A stretch of DNA of 64,000 nucleotides from assembly GCA_964035545.1 (NCBI GenBank), contig OZ037767.1, positions 5,286,707 to 5,350,706 on the forward strand, read 5' to 3'. This stretch comes from Bugula neritina (taxonomy: Eukaryota > Animalia > Bryozoa). Under the pieces are notes generated by a model. The model did no database searches. It had not been told where the DNA came from and worked only from the letters and a program-made list of their open reading frames with translations. The translations under genes were made by a program, and so were the position numbers. Below, one piece after another: positions 1 through 12,441 of this stretch (the first letter of the stretch is position 1; every line of letters starts with the position of its first letter).

Positions 1-454
1 CTACAAAATGTTAAAAGTCCAGGCAGTACTGGAGCTGGATTTTGGAGAATAAAATACGTGTAGTAAACTCTCACACCACATGTATTGTGCAGTGTTGTAT
101 AATGTGACTTGGTGTAACAGAAAGGGCGTGCAGACAGTAGTGAAGGCTTATTTAGAAGTAGAGATGGTGGCATACACAACTGTGATCACTACGTGCCCAT
201 ACTTTCGCATTAGTCAATGCTATAGTTACTAAGAAAATATCACTGCGTTCACTCAATGACAATAGTCACAGTGCATTAGTTCACATTTATAAGTGGCATA
301 TTGGACTACATATAAATAATAATCTAGTTACTAGTATAATACTTCAATGCTTAGGAATGGCCTCGCGAATATAATACTTCATTACTGTCAGTGTTAGAGT
401 ATTTACGCATGACCATCAGTATCAACACAGTCTAAACTGACATGTTCTGCAAAC

Positions 455-644
455 CTTTGACATCGTCACTATCCAAACTCTCCATATCAGAATCAGCGAC
501 TGACTTGTAGCTATGCTCGTGCGAGCCGTTCTTCAGCTGTTTGGTGACACTATCTTCTCCTACCACGTACTGGTAGCGGTAGCCTTCTGAGCGACGTACA
601 CGTCTTGCAGACGAAGCTTTCTGTTGACTGTTGACACTGCCCAT
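455..644 (-). CDS. Putative alternative first coding exon (MGSVNSQQK...SDDVK) of an unidentified gene continuing beyond the left edge
   Basis: ATG at 644, 63 codons + 1 nt, then donor AAG|GTTTGC (phase 1). The MGxxxS start fits the N-myristoylation consensus. An acceptor-like cttttaacattttgtag ends at position 1 on the minus strand. Confidence 0.55.
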
Positions 645-2202
645 AATCACTTCGATAAATATCTATTTTACCGTCTAGTTTAATCTTTTCATTCTATTGT
701 AGGATGTGGTGATTCTGGTTAATTCCCTTTGTGCTATTATTATTGCATAACAACACGTAGCCTACCCAGACTCGATGCAAGCTACTTTTCGTTGGCTATG
801 AATATTAATATAGCATAAAGTTCAACGCCACGACTACTACAGAGCTGTCTACTTCAGCACTCAGTTTTCCTCTTGAACCACGTCAACCCGCTGATTCGAG
901 TGAATCATTTATAACCAGCGCCCGCGACTCATGATTTATTTTGGTGTTGTCAAAGCTAAACAAGTGAACTCATGCGTAGCAAAGCATTAAAGTTTACAGC
1001 AGTGAAATATTTGATTTAATCACAAATACAGTAGCATTTCTAAATTGTTTACACATCTCCATTTTATGCCGGTGTAAAAGTTGCCTTGGAGTAGTTTTTG
1101 TAACTATTTTAACTACTAGCACCAAGCCTACTAAGAACAGAATCATTTACTAGTAAACATGGCCCATCTGGTGTAGATAATTCCAAAGTTGACGAATCTT
1201 TTAGGAAAAACCGGTTTAGTCAAGAAATATCAAAACATGATGTTGTTGGACACAGTAGACAGCAACAAATGCCAACTAAAAGCAGTTCACATTTAGGAGC
1301 AAAGACAGGCTGTCTAAACCAGCCACCAACAAATTAGAACCAAAATGACATGCATACCTAGCTGTGCAGATGTTTACAGCAACTTTGGGGGAAAATATGT
1401 GTTTTCATACTAAAGGAAATTCTATGTAACACTATTGGGATATTTTTATAATAAAAACATGGCAATTGAAATCAAATATTAAAATCACGGTGACAGGCAT
1501 GTTTTATAGGAAGTTTTACTAGGCACTTGTCAACTTGCCTTACATGATGCCTCGCAAAGAAATGTGTTGTCCATCTGCTCAGCCTATCAGAATCATGTTA
1601 GTTTCGAAATGTCTGTTACTACGGAAAATATGGGTAAAACTACCTTATTTAAGATTTCTCACTAAAACCAAAATTGATTGATACTAGATACAATACCTTA
1701 TCAGGCACGTGTGTGAATATCTAATTAATATAAATTATTACATTAATTGGCATTTTAGTTCAGTAAAGCCATAAAACCTGCACCATAATAATAAGGAATT
1801 GCCTACAAACTTACAACACATAAGTTGGGCAAACAACTCCCAAATACTAAATGTGAGTTTTAATGGTTTATTGTGTTAGTTGGCATCATCCTAAGGTCTT
1901 ATTTTAAAACAAATAAATAATAATCAGTGCGGGTTAACAACTCAGCAATGCGATCATAACATGTAGCATGTAATGGTATGGTAATAGTAACAGTAATAAT
2001 AGTCATATGTGGTAACAACAATATTAACTAGTAATAGCCAAGCATAGTGCGAGTAGGAACAGTAGCATTAGTATTGGGAATAGCTACACAACAGAAACTA
2101 ATAAAAGCATGTTTTTTTTTGACTCAACACATATAGTGATGATATCTTGTGATCTGTTACACACAGGCTATACACGGTAGAATATAGCAAGAGAGAGCAA
2201 AC

Positions 2203-2269
2203 CTTGTCTTAGCACAACCTCCATCTCGTCGTCTTCATCTTCCTTCATTCGCCGGAATAGTCCAGGCAT
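2203..2269 (-). CDS. Putative alternative first coding exon (MPGLFRRMKEDEDDEMEVVLRQ) of the same unidentified gene
   Basis: Acceptor ctcttag at 2279, AAA-ATG at 2269, 22 codons + 1 nt, donor AAG|GTTTGC (phase 1). It is a GC-richer island in AT-rich intron. A likely upstream non-coding exon has donor CAG|GTAAGT near 7217. Confidence 0.55.
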
Positions 2270-2470
2270 TTTGAGATTCTAAGAGCTCAAGTCAAACTGT
2301 CATGAGCCTAGAGTGTTCCAAACACATATTGCATGAGAGTATCAAAAACACAATTAAATAGGAGTATCACAAACACAATTAAATAGCAGAATCACAAATA
2401 TATAATTATATAAGAGTATCACAAACATACTATAATTACACATTATAATAATATAATGCTATAGCATGAG

Positions 2471-2519
2471 TGTATCTATTCTATTCATCAAATATTATTT
2501 GATGAATAGAATAGATACA
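2471..2519. repeat. Perfect inverted repeat, 24-bp arms, 1-nt spacer
   Basis: tgtatctattctattcatcaaata-t-tatttgatgaatagaatagataca. Confidence 0.9.
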
Positions 2520-2551
2520 TACAATGTAATTATATGAAATCAGACATACTG

Positions 2552-2682
2552 TAACTAACTAACTACCTAGCTACTACTAACTAACTAACTACTTCTAACT
2601 AACTACTTCTAACTAACTACTTCTAACTACCTAGCTACTTCTATCTAACTAGCTACTTCTAACTATCTAACCACTTCTAACT
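2552..2682. repeat. Degenerate (CTAA/CTACTTCTAA)n tandem repeat
   Basis: Repeated aactaactacttctaact units. Confidence 0.8.
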
Positions 2683-2916
2683 ATTAATTTCCACTAGCAA
2701 TAATATACTTGTTGAATTAGAATAGTAAATGATTTGCATTTCATAATTGCTAAGTACAGTTATCCACTGCCCTATATAGCTACCATATTGCCTTCTCGTA
2801 ACATAAGTTATTACATAATGTTGCTGATAAGAGACCTTGTTACATCATTCTGCATTACTTTTAATGTTTAGATGTGATATTATTGAGTTTTGAACTCTGC
2901 AGCACCATTTCCCTAC

Positions 2917-3129
2917 ACTCCTGCAAGTTTATAGTCGCCATCCCTGTGAGAAACCTCTGTTGGAAAGGGGTTTTTGTTAGATAGGGCTAAGAACTTATTT
3001 AGATGAGGCACAGGAGCAATTATGACTGGATACTCTTCCTAACGTCACCAATGGCCTTTGTCGGGTTCGAACCTATGACCTCATGTTCATGCACTAAGCA
3101 AATGCTCTAACCCCCTAGACTACGGCTGC
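2917..3129 (-). mobile_element. tRNA-derived SINE, near full-length copy
   Basis: The minus strand reads gcagccgTAGTCTAGGGGGttagagc...GGTTCGAACCC (Pol III A/B boxes), then ggccattggtgacgttaggaagagtatccagtcataattgctcc. Homologous copies lie at ~7018, 28037, 38190, 42422 and 52420. Confidence 0.85.
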
Positions 3130-3499
3130 AACATTTCCCTACTAGGTCAACCTAAATAAAAAACAGTTGCTTCTTTGATGTTGGTTGTATAATCTTCAAT
3201 CTAAGTAATTTTACCTATGAAATACTGTAAACACGAAAGCTTGCAGTTTATCTTTTTTGCTTTATCACCTGCGAACCACATTACTACAATGACATTAAAC
3301 CATAACAGTACATTGCACAGCATCTGCAACAGAACCTTGTTTAATTGTCCAGGTGAATGGTTAGCTGAATATGCAATGTATTCTATATGATATTATCAGT
3401 GTACATGCCTCTATTCATTTATAGTGTATGCTTACTTATTTCTGCTTAAAAATAACTCTCAAAGATATAATCACTGCTGTAAATGAATGTTGCAAGGAT

Positions 3500-3960
3500 T
3501 GCTTATAGAATCTCTGGCAACCAAACTTTATTTGGGTAGTAATAAAATATTCATACATATTTTAGCTATCATCTGCAAACTGTTTGAGGGTTGTATACTG
3601 AAACAATAACTGAGCTGGCATGAAAGTTAGAACATTGAACTTTCAAGCTAGCTTGGTGATAATACAGGGTGCTGCAGCAGCTAAGAATAGCATGCAATGA
3701 AAGTTAGCAACAACTATTATTAGTTTTATAATGCCACACACTTCAGGGCCCACCTGAACCGTCACCAGTAAGTGTACTGAAATCCCTAATTAATTTACTA
3801 CACGCTTGCACGAAGTAAATTAAATATAACAAAATTGATTGAGCACACTACCCTCAAACAGTATGTAGATGACAGCTAAGAAGATATGGACAAATATCTT
3901 ATTGTTGCATACATGGAGTGTGTTATGGATTCTTTAATTACAAAGAACATCACTTGTATT
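3500..3960. mobile_element. Degenerate inverted-repeat element (MITE-like); arms ~3500-3605 and ~3835-3960
   Basis: tagctatcatctgcaaactgtttgagggttgtat is the approximate reverse complement of accctcaaacagtatgtagatgacagcta. The same arm recurs at ~15828-15950. Confidence 0.55.
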
Positions 3961-4329
3961 GTATTAAACAAACAGCAGCATTAATAACAAGACTAGCCCC
4001 TTGTGTATGGACGTAGGATAGGGCAGTGTGTGCATTATTGATCAAGACAGGCAAGGCCACCTGACTCCTATAACATTTAGAAACTAGATGATGCCAACAT
4101 CAACCTTGTTCAATATTAGAATGTATTTTATTGAGTAAATAGCTAGCATTACACTAAGCATTTGCATTTACGTATGCAACTTTTTATTTAGGTGGTATTT
4201 GCGCATAAAAATAATACACGTTGGGAAGTCTTCAATTCAACTTGAAAAACTGTACTGAACCTCTCCTAAAGATTAAATAAGCATACTTCAAACATTTCCA
4301 GCTTAGCTTTTATGATAATATTTTGAAGC

Positions 4330-4357
4330 TATAAGTGGTTATATATAACCACTTATA
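4330..4357. repeat. Perfect 28-bp palindrome
   Basis: tataagtggttatatataaccacttata. Confidence 0.9.
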
Positions 4358-4553
4358 TTACATATAATAACATAAATGATCATTTTTTTCAAATTTAAAT
4401 TTTATTGTAAAAGCAGTAATATTAGACAGCGCAGGCTAATGACATGCCATGACCTAATTTTTATAGTTATATAACATAATATTTGTTATTCTGCTGTAAC
4501 GATTAAATTATATCAGACTATTGAAGCTGAGCCAGCAACCAGTCCTTATACTT

Positions 4554-4644
4554 GTGGCTGTAGTAAGTGAGTATGAATAGTAAGGCTGTTGATGAGTGGC
4601 TGTAGTAAGTGAGTATGACTAGTAAGGCTGTTGATGAGTGGCTG
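4554..4644. repeat. 42-bp tandem duplication (2.2 copies)
   Basis: gtggctgtagtaagtgagtatga(a/c)tagtaaggctgttgatga x2. Confidence 0.9.
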
Positions 4645-5439
4645 GGCTATAAAGTTATCACATGAAACATTTTCCAACACTTGAAGCTATAACTTGCCAC
4701 ACATGAACTATTGATTAATAAGTGAAAGATGAAATGTTAGCATTGATGAATGAAGTTTATTTACAGTAGCTGTAGGTCACAAGTGTCAGTATAAGATTAA
4801 TGTGCCTAAAATTCAATCTCAGGCAGAAAATTAAATTAAAATATTTAGACTAATCCTAGCAGTCCTCAATCAATAGTTATTACAAGTAACAGTGCTTTAT
4901 AGTAGGCCTATATTGCTCTAAACATAAAGTTGACAGGTTTTTTCTTAATCTTCATACTATTATTTTTTTCATTTGAGTAGAAAAATATAAACTGGAGTTG
5001 AAATATGTGCCACACCAGCTTACAATCGAAGCTTATAAATTAGTAATTGATAAAAATAATAAATACTAGAATTATTACTACAATATAATTAAAAATGATA
5101 ATTATGTAAATAACACAAATTAATTCATGTCACTAATATGCCACTGCTTTTACATATTTAAAATTGTTGTAACTGAATTCATACTAATAGTAATCATAAA
5201 TATGTTTGTTGAGGACCTAGAAAAACAAGGAAAAAATAAAAACAACACCATTGCATTAGCAAATTAGAGGCATAAAATGCGTCAGCACAGGGTACTGGGC
5301 AAAATCTCTACGGATACAAAATAACTATTAATTGAAGGGGGTTATCATAAGACTTCAATCAACTAACCCATTAACCAATCAATAGTCATACTACACAGAA
5401 CTTCTACTCAACAACATTCTGCACATATTAGTTATGAAT

Positions 5440-5800
5440 TTATGTTAGACTTAGGGTAAGACTGAAAAGCCTTTACCTAAAACACACGATTTGCTTAACT
5501 TCTGTCTAGAGTCTCTAGACTATACAACTTTTGATAGTCAGATTAGCGTTATCTGAATAAAATCACTTTTAGGAAGCACAGAGATGGTGGTGGAGGAGTG
5601 CTGCTAGTCACAAACACATAATATTCATTCAACACATTGAGATAACTTGCATCTAATTGTTGCTTACAGGTTGTTACTACCGAAACTACCTAACACCAAT
5701 CTCAGAGCAACATACAAAGAAATGTCCACGTGAACATTTGAGACATGATATGCTGCTACTTATTAACTGGAGGTATTAATTAGAGCAGCTCTGAAGTCTA
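5440..5800 (+). mobile_element. Decayed non-LTR retrotransposon (CR1/L2/Jockey-type) APE endonuclease relic
   Basis: From ~5567 it translates FRKHRDGGGGVLLV, matching the FRxDR..GGGV motif. CYYR-like and TG(D)FN-like remnants follow. The frame is disrupted. Confidence 0.55.
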
Positions 5801-7017
5801 ATCTTCGTCATGTGATAAAGCATGTTGTCTATAATTCCTTTCAATGTAACCTCCAATTTCTTTCAATATGAGCTTAATATAACTTTAATGAATCACACAC
5901 ACTTATGACAACAAAAGTTGTGGCTCTAATATGTAGTAGATACTGATGCAATATGGCCAGTTCTAATGAATCATTACAATCTAATTTCGAAGATCTCATA
6001 CAATATTTTCCAAGAATATGGACCTTAGGTCAACAAACACAATCAGCTTCACAGTGCAGGAATATCAAAGTGAAAGATATTACCACAATGTGAAAATCTT
6101 CATTATCCTGTCTAAACAAAACAACAGAAAAGCATGTCCTTGAAAATGAGCATGCACCATGTGACATTGAGCCAATGTAGATCAACCATAACAGTAAAGA
6201 ATGAAAAAAAAATGAACAAGCAGAGTATCCTACGTAATGAAGACCCAGAGTAAGAGTATCAAAATTAGTAAGCAGCTTATTAGTATTTGTCAAGACAAAT
6301 CAAATAATTTCTATGCATTAACATAATATAGATAATACATTTGTAATGATGCAAAATATAAATGCTTAGAAGTTCTGAATCAGAAATTTTCAGATATTTC
6401 AACAAACTCAAACTAAAACACCATCTTCACAAGATACTAAAAGAGCAAAAATTATTATAAATTTATATTTATTATAACAATAATTACTATTGTATTTAAA
6501 ATTAAGGCAAAAATAAAACGCTCACACTGACAGTGACACTGACTTACTCTTACTGACTAACAGCGAGTATGACTGTCACTGTGAGTGTTAACTGTTAAGC
6601 CTAAGATTACTCACTAACTAGCAACTTACTAACTACAAGTTTAAGTTGACGCACAACCAAATCTGAAATCAAATTGAAATTCAAAATTTATTATTTTATA
6701 ATAATTAGATCGTTATCATTGACATTATGACTAATAATAATATGATTTATAAGTATCAGAATCCTTATCATTACCAATATAATGAGAAATTGTAAATATA
6801 TGTATGAAATACCAAATAATCATAATGATTAAGTTTAAAATTAATCTATGTTGCAGAATGAGAATAAATAACAGTGTGAGCATAAGTTCTTGCGTGGGAA
6901 CAACTTAAAGTTGAAACCCTAGAAGTAGAATAGATTTAAATCACATCCATTTTTGGCCATAGTCATAATGATAATAATAACATTATTAATAGTTATAAAA
7001 CATAACCTTACACCAAG

Positions 7018-7082
7018 AAAAACCCTTTACATCAGGGGTTTCTCACAGGGATGGCGACTATCACTATAAACTTGCGTGAGTT
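7018..7082 (+). mobile_element. 5'-truncated SINE copy with 16-bp target-site duplication
   Basis: SINE 3' end (ggggtttctcacagggatggcgacta...taaacttgcgtgagt) flanked by ataaccttacaccaag at 7002-7017 and 7083-7098. Confidence 0.85.
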
Positions 7083-9622
7083 ATAACCTTACACCAAGTG
7101 CAGCAATTGTTCATTCAATAAAATACAGACGTTCCTAAGTCTTGCCGATATGTTTACTTCATAAACATAAGACTGCACACATGAAACAACAATTAAATTG
7201 GATGTTGTATACTTACCTGTTTGTTATAAGGGTTTGCACCAAAAGCAAACTAGAAAATGATCCTTCTGAAGAAACTATTGAGTTTTCTAGTTAATCGCCA
7301 GTTTGGCGTTGATAATTAAAAAAAGACAACTCCAAGTTATCACCTTGTAAGCCTTTTCACTGTTGCCTTTATGTCTTAAATTGACAATAGTACCATTAAA
7401 TCACTTTATTGTTTGCTAGAGAGCTTTACATCAATCAAAAGGGTGGGTGTGGCACCCAAGTTGCTTCATGGATTGAAGGGACTAAACTTAAAGTCCTTCT
7501 GTATAAAGCATCCACCAAACCTAAATGCCTGTATGGAATGAAACCTGGCCAATCACTTATAGGATGAAAGAAAGGAAGAGCACAAGTCTTGCAGCCTTTT
7601 TGGGGGTTTAGTTACTTCCACAAAGGAATATTGCAACATGCTAGCCTATTTTGATAATTGTAAAAAGATTAAGTTGACAAGCAGCAGGCCACTTCTCAAA
7701 ACAACCTGTATATATTTTATGTTCTGGATGCTAGCAAAGAGTCAAGTAGAACCGATATAATTAATATTAGAGTGGAAAATTTAGCCATTTTGTTATTATT
7801 GAATTTTTTAATAGTGTGTTTTATAAAATGCATTTTTTTAACAATTGTAGCTAGATAAAATGCTAAATAGGGTTTCTGCATAAATTATTACCTAGTTTAT
7901 GTTTTATCACACAAAATGGTATACCAGAAAATTAGCTGAGAAAACAAGTTGTCAACATGATGTACTTTTCAGCAAATCAACACAGTTTTGGTCAGCAAAA
8001 GATTTTAATGATCATGAGACAAGTGGAAAACAACTCCTCAGAGATTCTCAGATCAAGATCATGTCAGGTTTGAAATCTTTTTGTTCAACAGTATTACTGA
8101 TAATGAAAGTCAATATTAAATGTAACCATATAACATTATATTTAACTCCATCTACTTTGAGTAGAGAAAACTAACTCCGTATAACGACAGGTAATAAAAT
8201 TGCACAGTCTATGTATTAGATAATAATGAGAGCTATTCATTGTAACAAGTTTCTACAATGAAAAAAAAACACAAATAAAATGAAGACTGCAACTACAGTA
8301 TGTGTTCAAGAATAATATAAAATATAATACTATTCGACTGATTTACAGGTCGTACTGATTTTATACAACATGGTGTCTGCCAATATCATACTAATACTAC
8401 TCGTTAGGGAGACATTTATAGAGCATCGTTGGTAAAACTATGAATGTGTGAAGTCTGGCACAGTAATGTAGGCGCAGCAGAGTCTGGCAGTGGTTGGAGT
8501 CTTTAAGTTTATTCTAAATGATCATTTAGTTGCTTAAGCTTTCAGGCAACACAGCAGCTGTATCTGTTTTTAATTTCTTTGGGCTTGCCTGCAACAGAGA
8601 CCCGATGTTAATAAACATTGGGGACAATAATATATAATACAATAATATACAAATAATATAATATAACAATGTACAGTACCATATATATAATATAAAAATA
8701 TTATACAATATTATATAACACTATATATTATATTATCTAGTACTACGTTATATCATATACAATATTATATAATGCAACACTATATAGTATTATATTATAT
8801 AATAAAGGCATTTTTGAATTATAGAAATAATCTATAGTTAAATAGAACACCTGGTTCATTATTATATTTTGAAAGGAACAGACAGACATTTGACCACAAA
8901 GGCTGAGGAAAAACTTCTCATAATTCCAAACATAACACTTGCGTAGTAATGAGGCAAAAAATTCTGTCCAATAAGCAATGAATAACATTGGGAACTTTTA
9001 CAAACCAAAGATGTTCAAACATTTTCTATCTGGTGATCAGAATATTAAACTGTGCTGTGATAGTGAACAAAGATATACCGTAAATAGTTTAAAGAATCCC
9101 TGATACAGCACATTTATGCAGTATTAGATTATTCACATATACCTTGGCTGTCAGCTAAATATAACTTCAGGGTAGTATGCTCAAGCACGTTGGTTTAATA
9201 ATAAATTGCGTGCATAAATGTCTTGGTTTAATTTCGTAATACACAATTTTCTTGTAAATAAAGCTGGTTTAATGATACTAGTGAAAACACCCCAAGTTGA
9301 TAAGAAAGTCAAAGACATATAATAAGAGACATCAACTTGATGATCTTATGCCACCTAATGCCCTTCTTATATATTTACTAACTGGCTTTGCATAGCATAA
9401 AGGAGATGAGCAGAACACACAGTAAATTCTATGATACAAAAGAGAGAAGTACTACACAAGTCCTTGTGCAATGACAGATAATACCTTAATAATGTTGTGT
9501 TGAACATTTTAGTCAGCTTATACTCTTAGGTATACTTTTACATAAACTACTACATTGCTACCAAGCCTCAAGACCTCTATGATACCCAAAAGTGATGTGG
9601 CAAAGACAGGAAGTAAAAATTC

Positions 9623-12441
9623 TCAACTAACTTCTTTGTCATCAGGTGCGTCTGTTTTCCGTTTGGTCGCCGAAGTGTCATTATTTTCCGCCACTCCTTC
9701 AGCCAACGAGACTTTCTCTTCTGACTTGACCTCGTTGCTAGTTTGTTCTTTCTTAACAGACGCGGCGTCTGTAGTGGCCTTCACCTCTGTGGTGGCCTTC
9801 ACCTCTGCTGCAGACTTAACCGGGGTGTTTGAAGTTGGCGGTTTGAGACGCTTTACTCTGTATGTCACAGCGCTATACAGATGCTCCATGTCGGATGGTG
9901 AGCCAGTAAGCAAGTACACGTGCACTTCCCCGTTCTCCATGCCTGCATAGAAGAAGATGCATGAAGGCTACAGGTTATTATAGCAACAGGCTGTGTGGTG
10001 CAAAAATATTACACAATACAATGTGTTTACCATAATGACTAAGTGACATCTACTGAAACATTACACAATACATTACAAACCGATAGACATTGCAAATCCA
10101 AGTTTATTTGAGCTTTGATTATCTAGCAAAGTAATGGTAAATATCTACCAAAGTAATGGTAAATATCTAGCAGAGTAATGGTAAATACCTAGCAAAGTAA
10201 TGGTAAATACCTAGAAAAGTAATGGTAAATATCTAGCAAAGTAATGGTAAATATCTACCGAAGTAATGGTAAATATCTAGCAGAGTAATGGGAAACCATA
10301 AAAAACTTGGGCAGAAAAAAAATTAAACTGAAAGCCTAAATCATGTCAAATAAATATCATATTTACATTCCTACATTCATAGCTAAACGACAAAAAAAAA
10401 AACAACCAGCAAATGCCAAAAACTAGTAAATGCAGAAACAGACCACATGCTATGCTACTTCTTGAAGAGATGTTGTATTCAGTTTCAAATACAATGCTCG
10501 TGTAGGTATTATAATTCAATATACCTGTAATTCGCACACTTTTGTGATTGGCCATTTCACAGATCATGGAGTGCCAGATGCTGGTGTTTAGCATGACTCG
10601 GTGTATTCCGGATGTACGCATCACAATTCTAGAGTGGTTTTCCTCATCGCAGTCATTTAATCTCAGCAAACCCCGGCCCTTTTCTGTCCAACTTTTCTCT
10701 ACCTAAACAAACAAAAAAGCTACTATAAAATAGGTTTTGTAATAATGCTGCATATTTATTGGACTTGAAATCAATTTTAGAGTTGTCTTCTCAAAAATGG
10801 TGTTGTGTTTGAGTTTTAGCTTATTTCCTTTAGTAGAGATACAACAAACTTGATAACTGCAAACCTATCATAGAAGTCCCATCCATAGAATATATGGTGT
10901 ACATGAAAAGTAATTGCATAATAGCGAAAACAATACCAAAATACATTGTATATGTAATACTGATGAGCAATATTTAAAACACGGTACAAGTTTAATATCT
11001 TTAGTAATATAATTACTCGGTGAAATTATTCTACATAAACTTTTACATGAAAATACAACTCCACCAACAAGGAACTACATATCATATAAACCAAACGCAA
11101 ACGAATTTAAGAAAGAGAATCGAATGACAACCTGCTAAATCTGTCTGAAATGCTTGAGTGCTGTACTGAACAGGCAACTCATGAACTGGCACTAATAAAG
11201 ACACATCTACCATATGGGAGACAAACAAGCAGTGGTAAATCTTACGTTGTTGAATAGAAAGAGTTTGCAGCTGATCTGTAGGACATTAGACTCGCCTTCC
11301 TCCCCGGTCACTACTTCAACTTGCGGCAGGGTTGGCCCGCTCTCCTACAATTTTGTAACATGTATTCCATGTAAAACTTATTCTATCATATTTGAAGTGC
11401 ATTCTTTAACTACAGTTTGAATACTGTGACTAATGAATGCTGTTGTCAATAGAAGTGAATTAGATCTAAGTTGAACAGCAGTACTTACAGTTCACATATT
11501 TTAATTTAGGAAAAATCAAGGTTAGCAATTAAAGTATAACAGAAAAACATTGCTAATTACACCTTTTTCAAGGCTTAAAATCTATGATATTGCTGTGCCA
11601 TGTTATATAATATTGATTTTATACTGAGCCAAAGTAAATCCAAACAATTTAATCAACTCCACAGTTCTTCATGGAACAAGACTAAACATACGTATCTAAA
11701 GACGAAATGATTAGTATGTTGAAATACCTGCTGTTTTTTATACTCTGTTGCGGCCTCTTCTAATGTCAACACTTTAGGCTTCTCCTCGCTATCACTGATT
11801 CCATTAGAGCCGTTCTCCTTCACTACATTCATAACCCTGGAGTCTAAACCTTCACCAAAAATGAAGGATTGGGGGGCTCTATTGGAGGCACCCAGCTCAG
11901 CAGTGGAGTTGACTGGAAGAGTATTGTCTGATTTTTGTGATGCTTCAGCATCAGAGTCCTTATCTCTATCAACCTCCTTTTTAGGTTCATCATTTGAGGC
12001 ACCTTTTTCATCAGATTCATTGGAAGTTTCATCGGTTGCTGATTTGACATCGTTTGTCTTTTTATCTAAGCTGTCATTGTTTGTTTCATAACTCAACTTT
12101 GCGGGACGCAAGAATGGGTTTGTTGAAGACACAACTGCAGGATTATTTGACACCACGGAAGAGGCATTGCTGTCGCCAGTGGCATTTAATGTTGGTGGTT
12201 TTAAACTAAATTTTGGTTTTGCGAGTATGCCTGAAGGCAGAGAGGAATTGCTAGAAACGGAGAATGGGTTAGCGCACAGACTGCTTCCTCGTCCAGAGAA
12301 TACGTTCTGTGACATGGAGGAGTGAGACTGCGTTGATGCAGCATGGGATGAAGTGAAAGAGTTCTGACTGACACTAGTGCAAGGTGTTTCAGATGTTTTG
12401 CTAGAATCAGCAGGTGCAGTCTCGACCGATGAGTTTTCCAT
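9623..12441 (-). CDS. RANBP3: Ran-binding protein 3 (RanBP3); coding exons 12441-11728, 11344-11246, 10702-10525, 9942-9623; ~436 aa
   Basis: The spliced product has the RanBP3-type Ran-binding domain VEVVTGEEGESNVLQISCKLFLF...SWTEKGRGLLRLND...SRIVMRTSGIHRVMLNTSIW, plus FIFG and NPF motifs and TLEEAATEY. All introns are GT-AG with consistent phases. An in-frame TGA lies two codons before the ATG. A likely non-coding first exon has its donor near 13957. Confidence 0.92.
10121..10291. repeat. 22-bp intronic minisatellite, ~8 copies
   Basis: atctagcaaagtaatggtaaat units in the last RanBP3 intron. Confidence 0.9.

Noticed and set aside
9555-12091. Plus-strand ORFs 9555-9950, 11214-11420 and 11861-12091
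   Set aside because: Antisense shadows of RanBP3 exons
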